A stretch of DNA of 63,837 bases, counting the filler, from Globobulimina sp. (taxonomy: Eukaryota), in NCBI GenBank assembly GCA_003354225.1. It is 54 parts of 54 records of this genome, joined end to end, with 100 filler letters (N's around TTAATTAATTAA, not from the genome) between each part and the next. Parts side by side here need not be neighbours in the genome. Positions count along the whole stretch, not along the records: positions 50,925 to 52,007 come from PIVH01023991.1; positions 52,108 to 53,190 come from PIVH01023992.1; positions 53,291 to 54,373 come from PIVH01023993.1; positions 54,474 to 55,556 come from PIVH01023994.1; positions 55,657 to 56,739 come from PIVH01023995.1; positions 56,840 to 57,922 come from PIVH01023996.1; positions 58,023 to 59,105 come from PIVH01023997.1; positions 59,206 to 60,288 come from PIVH01023998.1; 46 more parts are not named here. The stretch is one strand, 5' to 3'. Below are positions 50,825-63,244 of this stretch, in pieces (position 1 is the stretch's first letter; the number at the start of each line of letters is the position of its first letter). The notes beneath the pieces are model-generated. The model saw nothing but the letters and a program-made list of their open reading frames with translations. It was not told the origin of the DNA and did no database searches. The position numbers and the translations under genes were made by a program.

Positions 50825-50924
50825 NNNNNNNNNNNNNNNNNNNNNNNNNNNNNNNNNNNNNNNNNNNNTTAATTAATTAANNNNNNNNNNNNNNNNNNNN
50901 NNNNNNNNNNNNNNNNNNNNNNNN

Positions 50925-52007
50925 AATAAACTCGAAGAGGAATTGGCCAAATCGGTCATCGAATGCCGGCGCTTAGAGACCATCATCGATTCGCTCAAAA
51001 CCAAGATCTGCGAGAAAGAGATGAAGAAACATAAAAATAAAAATAAAAATAAAGTGTCCAAGTCCAAATCCAAGAAGCGGACCTTTAAAATCTTTGAGAA
51101 ATCCAAAGAACAGTTACAAAGCGAACTGTCTTCGACGCAAAACAAGCTCAAACAGGAGATATCGAATCGGGACCGCCTGAAAGCGCAATTGCAGCAAAAG
51201 TCAAAGTACAGAGATGTGCTTTTCAGCAAAGTGATCACTGACTTTATTCGCCACGAAGAGTATCGCCTGAAAATGAACAAATACATTTACTGCATTTACA
51301 GCAAAATAAACGAAGAATCCCTCATCAAAATGCATAAATTAACCACAAAATTAAAGCAAAATGTTGAGACCATCATTATTCGCAATAATTTGCAGAAATT
51401 TGTCATTGCCAATCGGTCCTCGCAAAATGTCCCAAAAATTGTTTTAGATCACGCCATTTTTAAAATGTCATCGCAAAAAGACGACGATTTATTTAACAAA
51501 ACAAGAGAAAGCATGTCAAATATATTGGCATTATACAGCAATCCCAACGAAATATTAAATAATAAGTTAATATTTGACCACAATGCAACGGATAATGTGG
51601 CATTATTAGACTCAAAAGAAAAGGAAACAGAAAAAGATATAGTGTTAAATATAAAAAATATAACAAAGATCACAAAGATGTCGCTACCAAAAATGAAAAA
51701 GGTTTCATCCAATCAACAAATATCGAAACATTTATTAGAATATGTGACCAGACACAGTATGAAAGGCGGGAAACACGCTAGAATTGACTCATTACATTCG
51801 ATTTCACGAAGTACACAACCTCGAAAATTAAATATTAAAATAAATCATATGAATAATATTAATATGAATATGAACAATATCGGCATCACAAAGATTGACG
51901 AACAGAAAGAAGACCACATACACATACAATCACAGCATGAGGAGGAGGAGGAGGATGAGGAAGAGGATGAGGATGAGGATGAGGACGACGATGATAGCAA
52001 AACAATG
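50925..52007 (+). CDS. Coiled-coil protein fragment with poly-acidic tract
   Basis: Open frame across the whole contig. Confidence 0.6.
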
Positions 52008-52202
52008 NNNNNNNNNNNNNNNNNNNNNNNNNNNNNNNNNNNNNNNNNNNNTTAATTAATTAANNNNNNNNNNNNNNNNNNNNNNNNNNNNNNNNNNNNN
52101 NNNNNNNAGGATAAAAATAACGCAAGTTTCGTTTTCAGCACACTTTTTGTGTCACAGAAAATAAACTTTGTTACTAAAAGCTCTAAACCTTACTACCTTA
52201 GC

Positions 52203-53190
52203 ATGGTCGACAATAAGCCAGACGAGAAACTGAATGAAGACGACATTAAAGACGCACGCGAATCCGCCAAAAAAAACAAAACCATCTGGGTGACAGCAGG
52301 GCCCACCAAGCCATTCGGCGTCGATTTCGTAAAAATGAAACAATTAGGAAATGCCGGCCAATATGGCGTGACCTATCAATGTAAGCGCAAAACGGATGGC
52401 CGAGTGGTCGCAGTCAAGCATTTGAACAAGAATAGATTTTATAGAATTTCCGTGCAACATCGGCACCGATATTTAGCCGCAATGTGTGACGAAATCGATG
52501 TGCTGAAAACCTTGAAACATTCGTATATTATCAAATTATTGGACGTGTATGAAGATAAGACGACGTTATATATCATAATGGAAGAATGCAAAGGCGGCGA
52601 ATTATTTGCCCGCATCTGCCAACGCGGCAAATATACAGAAAAAAGTGCGGCCTCTGTCATCAGACAGGTCCTCTCTGCCTTGCGGTACATGCACGACGAC
52701 AACGGCATTGTGCACTGCGATTTGAAGGTTTGTCTCCATACACCCTACGTTCTCTGCGTACTGTAATGCGTACAATATAAAGCCGGACAACATCTTATTT
52801 CTGACCGCCGAGGAGGACTCCCCTGTGAAAATCATAGACTTTGGAATGAGCAAAGTGTTGCCGCGGCTGCAGTACTTGACCAATCTGTGCGGTACGCCCT
52901 ATTACACGGCGCCAGAGGTGATCAAGAACCGCAAATACAACCATGCCTGCGATATGTGGAGCGTTGGCGTCATTTTATATGTCATGATCTATGGCTATCC
53001 ACCGTATGTAATATGCACTGTATACACACATATAACCACTAAGAATGTGTATATGTTTATATTTTATGTAGACCCACAGCAATATGGTCACAATGAACGC
53101 AAAGCAATCTACGATAAGATCGTGAAGGGCTTCAATCCCACCATTCGGGACACCTCCATCTATGGCTATGGCCCCTGGTTCCCGGACCAT
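52203..53190 (+). CDS. CAMK/CDPK-family Ser/Thr kinase, 3'-partial
   Basis: VAVK, HCDLK|PDNILF (intron 52728-52782), DFG, GTPYYTAPE, DMWSVGV. Confidence 0.92.
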
Positions 53191-53290
53191 NNNNNNNNNN
53201 NNNNNNNNNNNNNNNNNNNNNNNNNNNNNNNNNNTTAATTAATTAANNNNNNNNNNNNNNNNNNNNNNNNNNNNNNNNNNNNNNNNNNNN

Positions 53291-54158
53291 AACCGCTTAT
53301 CCCTCCAACTCGAAATAAATACAATATGATGAGAGTAAAATAAAATAATATCCATTGCAATGGCACTGCTTTCCTTGAAATTCCGGCGTCACTTATTCCG
53401 CGTAGATACTCCAACAAAATATAATCTAAATAAATAGAATCGCACTTCACAGATGCGGGCTTAACCTTCCTTACTTCAGCGAGGAAGCACAGTTGAATCG
53501 ATAAGATCCTTCCATGAGTTATCCACCGTATAAATAATGCAAAAAATATAAAATCCATGACATGTACACCATAAAATTGATTAGTAATCCAACCTAAAAC
53601 TAAGCCACAAATAATACTAAAAATCCACGTAATAATAAATAATTCTGTACTGAAATAATACCAATAATAACACCAATAATAAAATGTGTTCAACACTCCC
53701 GGGATACCGCTACCACCACAGACAATAAAACAATGCGGCAGCTCTAAAACTAAAACAGACAATAAAATGCTGCTTACAACGTCGACCGATGACATATAAG
53801 ACAGTTGGCGTACTAACGCACTCCACGTCGGTTGAAAATAACCCACTGACGCGTACCCCATATCGGTTGGTCCAAACCCATACACATTATATCCATAAAG
53901 GACTAATAATATTAAAATATAATAAATATAACTCAAGATTATAGTGCTGGTTTGTTTAATCTTGGTACTGAACCTACTAAAGAGGCATTTGGATTTTTGG
54001 GAATCCTTTGAAATGTTGATGAATATAAATGGCCAGGGTAATGCATAATAAGCACCTCCTGCAATGAACACTCCCGTTACAAAAAGAAAAAAAGTAAACT
54101 CTGTCATTAAAACATGAAGAGCGAGTACAGAAAGTTTTTTGTTGATGAAACATCTCAA
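53291..54158 (-). CDS. Multi-pass membrane protein, 3'-partial
   Basis: ~290-aa hydrophobic ORF. Confidence 0.45.
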
Positions 54159-54613
54159 AAACTCTCTAAGTCACAGTCACGCCAAACACACAAAAGCAAA
54201 CAAAAATTAAAAGTTAAATGAGTCCACACAGGGGGCACAAACTACATAAACATAAATAAAATAAAACCATTACCGATTTTCTATGTGGAAGTTTATTTAG
54301 CAAATGGATTATAAACCATATGACGAGACAGTAGAGACAATAGAGTGAGGACTTTTAATTAATCCACGCCTCTNNNNNNNNNNNNNNNNNNNNNNNNNNN
54401 NNNNNNNNNNNNNNNNNTTAATTAATTAANNNNNNNNNNNNNNNNNNNNNNNNNNNNNNNNNNNNNNNNNNNNAGATACATGGACTAGACACTTCGATAT
54501 GTACTGAGAAGCAGAAAAGTATAGGTGAACCTGAACCTACGGCAACACCAACTCCAGTAAATCCATATTTATGACAACCAAAGAAAACCAAAGATACTGA
54601 TGTCCAGAATTAT

Positions 54614-55556
54614 ATGAACAAGAAAAAGGAGGGAAAGAAACGTTTATCAAAGACAAAGACCAAAGAAATTATACATAATTTTGATATATTATATGCTAAT
54701 GTGTGCTCTATGAACTCTAAATCTGAATTAATATGTGATCACATTGAAACAATAAATCCTTCTGTATTATGCTGTGTTGAGACTAGGTATAAAAATTATC
54801 TGAAAATAGAAAAATATGATGAATACGATAGTTTTCATAAATTGCAAACAGGTAACAAAACAGGCGGTATAAGTGTATGGGCAAAAAAGGAAACAAAACC
54901 GAGTAGATTGGATTTGGACGATACAGAGGACGATATTTCAAGTAACTACTTGTGGGTATTATGTCAGAATTTGGGTAATACTGCCATATGTACTGTATAC
55001 TTAAGGAACCAAAGTGACCCAAATGCTAGGACAACCAATACAACTATATGCCAGAGACTGATCCAACACATAAATTGGTGTAAAATAAATAAGTACAATA
55101 CAATAATTATGGGGGATTTCAATGCCCACATTGGTAACGATAATTTTGGAATCGAAAATAATCATGAAGATATTAACAGTACTGGATTTATAGTACGTAA
55201 TTTCATCAATGATTGCAAATTAAACCTTCTGAATAATCATAAAAATGTTTCTGGTTTATGGACATGGGGGTTCAACAGAAACTCGAAACCACAAATATTA
55301 GATCTCGTTATGGCGAATGACGAAATTCACATTGACAAACTTGAAATAGACGAAGAAAATATTAAATATGGCAATGGTAATGGCGACCATTGCTTTATTC
55401 TAGGAAAATTCAAATCTAAATTCATTAAATCAATAAAATCCAAAGTGGAACATAAAAAGAGATGGGATATAAAGGACGATACAAACTGGGTTAATTATAA
55501 ATCAGAAATCATCACTAATTTAGAAATAAAATTAAGCACCAATAACGAATTAGAAA
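54614..55556 (+). mobile_element. Non-LTR retrotransposon APE endonuclease domain (ORF2 N-terminus)
   Basis: YANVCSM, CCVET, TGGISVW, MGDFNAHIG, LDLVM, GDH. Confidence 0.88.
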
Positions 55557-55684
55557 NNNNNNNNNNNNNNNNNNNNNNNNNNNNNNNNNNNNNNNNNNNN
55601 TTAATTAATTAANNNNNNNNNNNNNNNNNNNNNNNNNNNNNNNNNNNNNNNNNNNNACACATGCACCGCGCGCCCCAAAGAAAA

Positions 55685-56035
55685 CAAACATGCGCGCCGC
55701 GCGCATTCCTATCATCGTGCTCGGTGGCAAAAGCACAAAGTTTTCGTCTTCCAGCTCGGCCAGTTGGAGCGATCTTCGCGGGGCTTTGGGATGCGTCAGA
55801 GGAAGCACCGCAACTGTCGGGAGTTTGCAAAACTCTTCTGACACTATTTTGGTGTGGCGAACGGGAAGAGAACCCATTGCAAGATCGCAGGTCCGATCCA
55901 GCACGTGTCTTTCAAGGAGTACCCTGCCTTCTGCGGAAAGCGACACCTCCTGATTTGGCCTTTCGTCGAGGAATTGGGACAAAGCCGGAATAACAATCGG
56001 CGCTGCAAGCCTGGGCATCACAGCAAGGCGAAACC
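55685..56035 (-). CDS. LysR-type regulator substrate-binding domain fragment (bacterial)
   Basis: RLAVMPRLAAPIVIPALSQFLDERP...CDLAM...VAVLPLTHP...LAELEDENFVLL; GC-richer than its neighbours. Confidence 0.8.
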
Positions 56036-56042
56036 GGCGCAG

Positions 56043-56525
56043 ATGGATGGTATTGGCGGTGGTGACGGGGACTATGCGGTGTGGAATAAGGAGGCCATGA
56101 AAGAGATTGAGGCGATCAAAAGTGGCCAGTTTGCAGCCGGGAAAAAGAAGGGTGGCGGTAATGTGAAGAAACGCAAATCAGTGAAATCTTTGCATGCGGC
56201 GGCTGGGACGAAGCCGAAAGTGGATTATGGTGCGGTGGCGTTGTCGGAGAGAAAGAAGTGGGCCTTTCAAATGTGTGACAATTTGCCGACGCCGAGATCG
56301 AGAGAGGTGGCGAGTTGGTCGGCTCAGCAGATTGGCGATTTTATAGCGAAAATACCCATATTTGGCTTGAATGAGTGGTATGGAAATAAGTTTAAAGAAT
56401 GCGGCGTTTCGGGCAAAATGTTTTTGGACTGCAATGAGGATAAATTGATCGGATGGGGCATTGATAGGAAATGCCATCGAGCCAGATTCAGAGCGGAAGC
56501 ATTAGCGATGAAAAGGAGAGGATAG
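56043..56525 (+). CDS. SAM-domain protein C-terminus (eukaryotic)
   Basis: VASWSAQQIGDFI...YGNKFKECGVSGKMFL...LIGWGI...HRARF; T-rich 3' UTR. Confidence 0.75.
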   Translation: MDGIGGGDGDYAVWNKEAMKEIEAIKSGQFAAGKKKGGGNVKKRKSVKSLHAAAGTKPKVDYGAVALSERKKWAFQMCDNLPTPRSREVASWSAQQIGDFIAKIPIFGLNEWYGNKFKECGVSGKMFLDCNEDKLIGWGIDRKCHRARFRAEALAMKRRG

Positions 56526-57590
56526 TTTGATTGACGTACGTTTATTGAATGATTGTTTTATTGTACATTCAATTTTTAATATGTTTTTTTGGTGTTGTAA
56601 ATTTTTTTTTTTGTTATTAACTTAAAACTTAAATATAAGCAGCTGCCTAAACGCATTACTTTGATTCCGCAATATCGCCTTCTATCCTTTGCAATTCTAA
56701 TCGGACATTAAATTGAGTGCAGTGGATTGATTTCTTAAANNNNNNNNNNNNNNNNNNNNNNNNNNNNNNNNNNNNNNNNNNNNTTAATTAATTAANNNNN
56801 NNNNNNNNNNNNNNNNNNNNNNNNNNNNNNNNNNNNNNNCCGGAGCATTTATTGCGATGGGATTGTTAATAGCCAGACCATAGTCAACAGGTTCAAGGTC
56901 CACATCGAATACGGAACGTAATGCTGTGTAATAATATATACAATGTAATGTATTATGAAACAAATCAAATGGACCGGACATGGACATACCAGCCAACACA
57001 AAGGTGAAAGCCACAGGAATCAGTATTTTGACACACCAGGCTAAATATGCAATGTTTACAGAATATTATACATTATATTAGATTTAATAGGTGTATTGTT
57101 AACATTTTTTCCTTCGTTGACATTGGCTTTTGAAATTCTTCCATAACAGCCAATAAATCATAGCAAAAAATGATACATTTTCTGTTTCTATTAATTCCTC
57201 ATTTCTATTATGGACTATTTTGTCTGATCCATATGACGCTGCTGGATTACTGGCATTTGTTCCCTTTTATGTTGACAAAAGAAAATTAAATATGCATATT
57301 GGATATCGTTACATATTAATTATACGTTTGTAACAGGTAATAACGGTTGCGCGTGTTCATTTTGAGCATTAGAATTCATCATTTTGCAACGACACTAACA
57401 CGATTCGTTTCGAGCTTGTTATTTTTTATTGCTGTTTTCAAAATAGCAAAACTTTTTTTCCCAGCAAACACTAATATTAGTTTAGTTATCTTGCTCTGGC
57501 TGCTGAAAATAAATTGAAAGTGTATGTTTACACATCTACAATACAGGGGAAATTATTTCATACAACATCTTAAAGTATAGAGACAATTCA

Positions 57591-57922
57591 ATGTCTCAAT
57601 CATTGTCATCATCTTTATCAGTCCCAGAAGCATCCACATCAATTCCCACCGATTCATCTCATCCACACGCACCAACAATTTATTTAGATGGCAATTCTTT
57701 AACACCAGAAATGCTCTACGACATTGGCTTTAATTATCAGAAAATCGGCTTAACCCAAACAGCCATCCAAACTGTCATAGCTTCCCGCAAAATAATCGAA
57801 CAAGTCATTAAAAACAAGCAAACAGTATATGGTGTCAACACAGGTTTTGGTTTGTTTTCCAACGTCAAAATCAAGCCAGATCAATTAAAAAATCTCCAGA
57901 TCAATATCATCCGTAGTCACTC
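57591..57922 (+). CDS. HAL: Histidine ammonia-lyase, N-terminal fragment
   Basis: LDGNSLT...VYGVNTGFGLFSNVKI...LQINIIRSH. Confidence 0.92.
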
Positions 57923-58386
57923 NNNNNNNNNNNNNNNNNNNNNNNNNNNNNNNNNNNNNNNNNNNNTTAATTAATTAANNNNNNNNNNNNNNNNNNNNNN
58001 NNNNNNNNNNNNNNNNNNNNNNAGACGCAACTCGTGGAATAAGAACACTGACTGAATTTTTAGACAAACAAATTGTGAAATGTGTAAACGATTTGTTATT
58101 AGAATCAAAGAACATTCAAATTGTGGGAAGAACATTCAAACAGTTTGTGACAGATTATTCAAAATAAAAACATTGAAAGTCAAAATTGAATTGTTAAAGG
58201 TGAAAAGGAAGATGAAACGTTGATGCTGAGTTCCACGCCTTATGAAGGTGATCACATGAGGAGATGGTTTGTGTTTGTTGTAAAATGGAAAAATGCTAGC
58301 CAAATTCATTATAAATTGTAATTTGATCAAACCTAAAGTTGCCATTATTATTATCAAAGTTTTTGCAGTGCAGTGATACCATTACA

Positions 58387-58539
58387 ATGGATGCGTGGAA
58401 CTGCTCACAATGCACGTTTTTGAATCATGAATGTTTATTATTCTGTGAACAGTGCGAAACACCGAAACCGTCCAATGATAAAGACATGTCAATATCGTTT
58501 ATAAACTGCAATGACTGCAGTATCTCAGAAACACTTTGA
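58387..58539 (+). CDS. RanBP2-type zinc-finger fragment
   Basis: WNCSQCTFLNHECLLFCEQCETPKP. Confidence 0.65.
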   Translation: MDAWNCSQCTFLNHECLLFCEQCETPKPSNDKDMSISFINCNDCSISETL

Positions 58540-58604
58540 AATGTCAAACCTATCCTTTTTTGTCAAATGTGTTAATAATGCCACCACCGAGTCATTGGCC
58601 ACTT

Positions 58605-58990
58605 TCATCTTTGTTTTATTGACACTATCATCGTTGAAGGTAGAGCCCATAGAACCCGAAATATCCGAAATTTTCGTTTGAACTCGTTTGTTTTCAAATT
58701 ACTGTTCAGTCCCAAAGTCATATAATACTCAAATCCATCGATATCACTGGGAATATCGTCCGTTTTATGCTCAAAAAAATTAAGTTTTCTGGTCTTGGCA
58801 TAACAATATGAGGCATCATCTTTCTTGTGTTCTCTCACCAGTTTCTGAACATGTTTCCTTGTTCTCGTTTCAAAATAATATTCATACAACAATCCATTAT
58901 ACGTAATTGAGGAAAGGGAAGGCATTCTGTTTTGTTGAATACACTTTCTGAAATTCCCCACATCTTTGGCACCGCCAACGGACAGACCAA
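58605..58990 (-). CDS. Fragment resembling the N-terminal region of VWA-domain proteins
   Basis: SVGGAKDVGNFRKCI...PSLSSITYNGLLYEYYFET...YYMTLGLNSNL. Confidence 0.5.
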
Positions 58991-59205
58991 TAGTATTAGA
59001 CTATGTCCAACTAAGTGTTTTTCGAGACCGTTACATTTGATGTCTACTTATGTCACGAGGATTGCTTGCCAGCAGCGTGGATTAATAAATAGTCCTCACT
59101 CTATTNNNNNNNNNNNNNNNNNNNNNNNNNNNNNNNNNNNNNNNNNNNNTTAATTAATTAANNNNNNNNNNNNNNNNNNNNNNNNNNNNNNNNNNNNNNN
59201 NNNNN

Positions 59206-60288
59206 CTCTTTTCGAATTAAATAATTTTCATTTTGAATATCAATAAAAATATTCTCCGAATCAATATATTTATTATCCATATCATTCATATCTGAATTAA
59301 TTCTTTGTATTTTGACACTTCCTTTGTTAAATCCACCATCATTGTTTCGCACCAAATTAACAATCTTTCCATAATACACAATTTTACTATTTTTAATCTG
59401 TATGTCATCATTGCATTGTTGTAGTTGTAACAAAGGGTTCAAATTTCTATTTTTTGCATCTAATATAATTTTACCAATTTTCCATGCAAAATGATAACTA
59501 TTTGGAATGGCATATTTTTTAATTTCATTCCCTTTCAATGGGCATAAACTAATCGCCATTTTCATGCCTAACTCAACACATTTATATCTCATCTTATTCT
59601 CAGCGTCTTTGTTTGAGGACACTCCGTCTGCTGCTAATATCGCACTGTTTCCATATTCATCTTGGCATGATATTGGCGCTATATTTTTACCTAAAATGGA
59701 GGGTAAAATCATCTGTAACTCAGGAAAAGCTCTGCCCATAAAATCTCCATCTACCAAATCAATACTTTTCCCATATTTCTCTGCAAATTGCGCTGCTGCA
59801 ATAATTGGTGTTAAACCATTGCAACCCCCGATTTCTGCACAAATCAGTGCTATTTTATCATCGTTTTCAATGTCGATATTTAAGTGTTTTGCCATTTGTT
59901 CAATGACACCTAATAACTCACTGCCATTCATTAGTTTTTCAGCCAACATGGCCGGAGCTCCCATAAACGCCACACAAAGTACATTGCACTCTGGATCCAA
60001 TACCTCTGGTTTAACAATGCGTATTTTGCCTGAGGTATTCGTATCAGCTGCAGATTGTAAATATTGTTTACATAAAATATCAAACGGACGAGTACTGCCA
60101 CCACCACCTGTGCCAATCACACCGCATCCAATGGATAAACAATCAATATCGTCAGTGGACAATCTCCAAATCAAACCATCATCACTTACATCACGGACAT
60201 ATTCTTTCGTTTCTTCTTTGTTTTCATTTAAATTTATTTTTACTTCTTCTTGCTTATATTCTTTCTCTTTCATATCATCATTTTCAAG
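59206..60288 (-). CDS. DUF917 (hydantoinase-associated) domain protein, partial
   Basis: GCGVIGTGGGG, FMGAP, EIGGCNG, VDGDFMGRAFPELQM, QNENY. Confidence 0.88.
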
Positions 60289-60388
60289 NNNNNNNNNNNN
60301 NNNNNNNNNNNNNNNNNNNNNNNNNNNNNNNNTTAATTAATTAANNNNNNNNNNNNNNNNNNNNNNNNNNNNNNNNNNNNNNNNNNNN

Positions 60389-61471
60389 TGTTCAAAGCAA
60401 TACAAAGAGGCTATGAAGTCGAACATATTTTTGAAGTAAGCCGAATATTATATTTGGAATATTCGGCATGACCCCTTCAAAAATATATTATATACTTTTC
60501 AGTTATGGGACTATGGACCTGAAAAGGAAGACATCTTTGCCGAATATGTTTCAAGGATGATTAAAATGAAAACTCAACACAGCCCAATCCCCAGTGGAAT
60601 GACCGTCGAACAATTCTGTACCATTTGGAATGAGAGAGTTCCTGGGATGGAACTGAAACCCGAAGACTGCTCCGAATCCCCTGCTATGAGACAATCTGCC
60701 AAAATTCTGATGAATTCATTGTGGGGTAAGTACGATTTTATAAAGCTGTTACATTCTTGTTAATCTCATTATTTCAGGAAAATTTTGTGAAAGGGCTACC
60801 AAATCCGAAACCATGTTGATCAGCAACTGGCAATCATTGAAAAGACAGTTTGATGATAAAGAGAAGGAGATAACCAGAATTGAACAACTCACCGACCGTT
60901 CATTGGTGATCAGCTACAAGCAGAATGAGTCATTCATCACAGAATCGTCAATGTATAACCCGGTTATTGGTGCATATGTGACAGCCTATGCTCGAACCAC
61001 CCTCTTGGAAAACTGTTTGGAAGTTGTGGGAGACCGGGCATTGTATTGTGATACAGGTAAGTTGTCAATTATTTTTAACAACTTCGTTGGTATGAGAAAG
61101 CCTTTCAGACAGCTTGGTCTACCTCAGGATCCCTGGTGAAAGAGAACCAGTCAGAGGGGAAGCTTTGGGACAGCTCGCCAATGAACTTAAAAAAGATGAA
61201 TTCATCACATGCTTCCAATGCATAGCTCCAAAGACATGGAGGGCAGAAGTGTCTGTTAGAAAAACTGAACACCCTATTACGTGGCAACATAAAAGAACAA
61301 TAATTAAGTCAAAAGGTATTTCAAAGATTGTACATAAAATATCAAACCTTATCCTGCTACCTTTTTAGGCATACATTTGGGAGCCATCGGGTCGAGCATC
61401 AAAGAGTCATTCGATGTTAGAGAGCTGTGGAATGATCTTATCACCATGAGGCTGGTCAGCGAAGATGGAAG
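60389..61471 (+). mobile_element. Polinton/Maverick-type protein-primed DNA polymerase B, spliced (5 exons in view)
   Basis: Exons 60389-60435, 60503-60725, 60778-61056, 61109-61315, 61369-61471 join without stops: KAIQRGY..AKILMNSLWG|KF..IGAYVTAYAR..LYCDT|DSLVY..LGQLANE..APKTW..KSK|GI. Confidence 0.92.
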
Positions 61472-62754
61472 NNNNNNNNNNNNNNNNNNNNNNNNNNNNN
61501 NNNNNNNNNNNNNNNTTAATTAATTAANNNNNNNNNNNNNNNNNNNNNNNNNNNNNNNNNNNNNNNNNNNNTTGAATCTAATCCATGACACCACATTCCA
61601 TTTCCGTAAATATGTGAATTAGTGTGAATTATGTCCGATCTTTTCAGATTTCGGCACCCAAATCTTGAAAATATCACTGATATTTTGGTCTGATATTTTG
61701 TCTTTTAGAGGACAATCGGAGATATTCAACACACTAATATTTATTGACTGTTCATTGTTATAAACAGTTTCAGAAATTTCTCAACGACCTAGGCTCGATG
61801 ACATTGGTCAAAGAGATATTGGTTTTAGTTTTCAATTAGCAATCATTCGCCATCAGTATTAAAACTCCACACGGTCGAATATTGCCACCTGCGCGAGGCA
61901 GAAAAAACAATAAACCAAAATAATCATCTTCCACAATATTTCATAGTTCACACTGAATTAAGATCCAATGCACTGAAAACACACAGTAATGAAGCAAGTA
62001 ATATGCACGTTTTGCTTGCGTGTTAATCGGTGTTATAAGCAATAAATCTCATTGGATTTACCTCATCCATATTACCTTGAATATTACCTTGAAATACACG
62101 TCTCCAGTACCAGAAACAATCATTATTTGCAAATCCTTGTTTTTTACAATCTGTTTTGGTTTTAACTTTAAATTTCCCATCTTTCCATGATAAATATGCT
62201 TCACCCGCAGCTATTTTGGTATTCACTAACATTCCTGATGCTGATTTCCATTCTTTTTCATTTACAATACATTGCTTTATTATATTGTTTTTCTTCAAAA
62301 TTATCTCTATGTTTTGTTAATATTCCACCAATTTGCCAACTTACTTTTGAACGAAAACCATAAAGATAATCATCGTTGATTTCAAATCCTGATGCTTTTA
62401 ATGTTTCAGATGGCCATGGTGTTACATCATGTCGCTCTAATTGTCCTAAACCATGAATGGAGTTACTAGTGGATATTTGTCTGCATTTAATTTTCTTGGA
62501 TATTTCAATGCATTTAATTGTTCAATGTGATCATGAATTAATGTACCAATAATTAATGATAATATTTGTTTCATTATTTTTTTATAATTATTTACGATTT
62601 AACACAATACCTTACCTTATTAATTATAAGATATTTGCAATTGTATGAGTTTTGNNNNNNNNNNNNNNNNNNNNNNNNNNNNNNNNNNNNNNNNNNNNTT
62701 AATTAATTAANNNNNNNNNNNNNNNNNNNNNNNNNNNNNNNNNNNNNNNNNNNN

Positions 62755-63244
62755 AAGGAAATCTCTTCGAAACTAATACCTTTCTCAAGGGCCATTGTAC
62801 GGAAGGTATAGGCTCCCATGACGTGGATAGTACAAATAAATGAGTTTCGTCAGGGATGGAACTGTCACTTTCTAATAAACGATCAAAAAAAGCTTTTAAT
62901 CGCTCAATTCTTTCTTCGCCACCAAACGCCTGTTCTACTCTTCCTACGGTGTCTGCATAGGCATCCAAGGCGGCCACCATATCACCGTCGCCGCTACAAC
63001 CTTGTGAAGTATTTATCGAGAGATTGAGGCAGAGGTCTCTCACTTTGCCACCTAATGATTCGATTAATAATGTTCTGTCAAAATCGAAAAAAGCTACGGT
63101 TGTCGCGACGTCAACATCGAAAAGATCGCGACTGGGTTCTCCGGCATATACAGAGCTAATTGCGAATACACTCAAAGAGGCGAGAATAAGCGCCATGGGG
63201 AGTAGGGATGATACTTGGATTTGTGTAAAGTTTTTTACACTCAA
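62755..63244 (-). CDS. Secreted HAD-like hydrolase fragment, probably bacterial
   Basis: Signal peptide ...SSVYA; VAFFDFDRTL (HAD motif I); FVLSTS (motif II-like). Confidence 0.55.

Noticed and set aside
59507-60340. 277-aa plus-strand ORF and similar antisense ORFs (5405-5881, 44344-44700, 46891-47262)
   Set aside because: Shadows of recognisable genes on the opposite strand.
48557-61471. Treating H3, APE endonuclease and pPolB as one large element or virus
   Set aside because: They are on different contigs ordered only by length; no physical linkage is shown.
62023-62574. Possible secreted-protein gene
   Set aside because: Several stops and a frameshift with no recognisable domain; cannot be supported beyond a decayed fragment.
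1086-62754. Regularly spaced TTAATTAATTAA repeat resembling an array
   Set aside because: Embedded in N-runs; it is a six-frame-stop linker added when contigs were concatenated.
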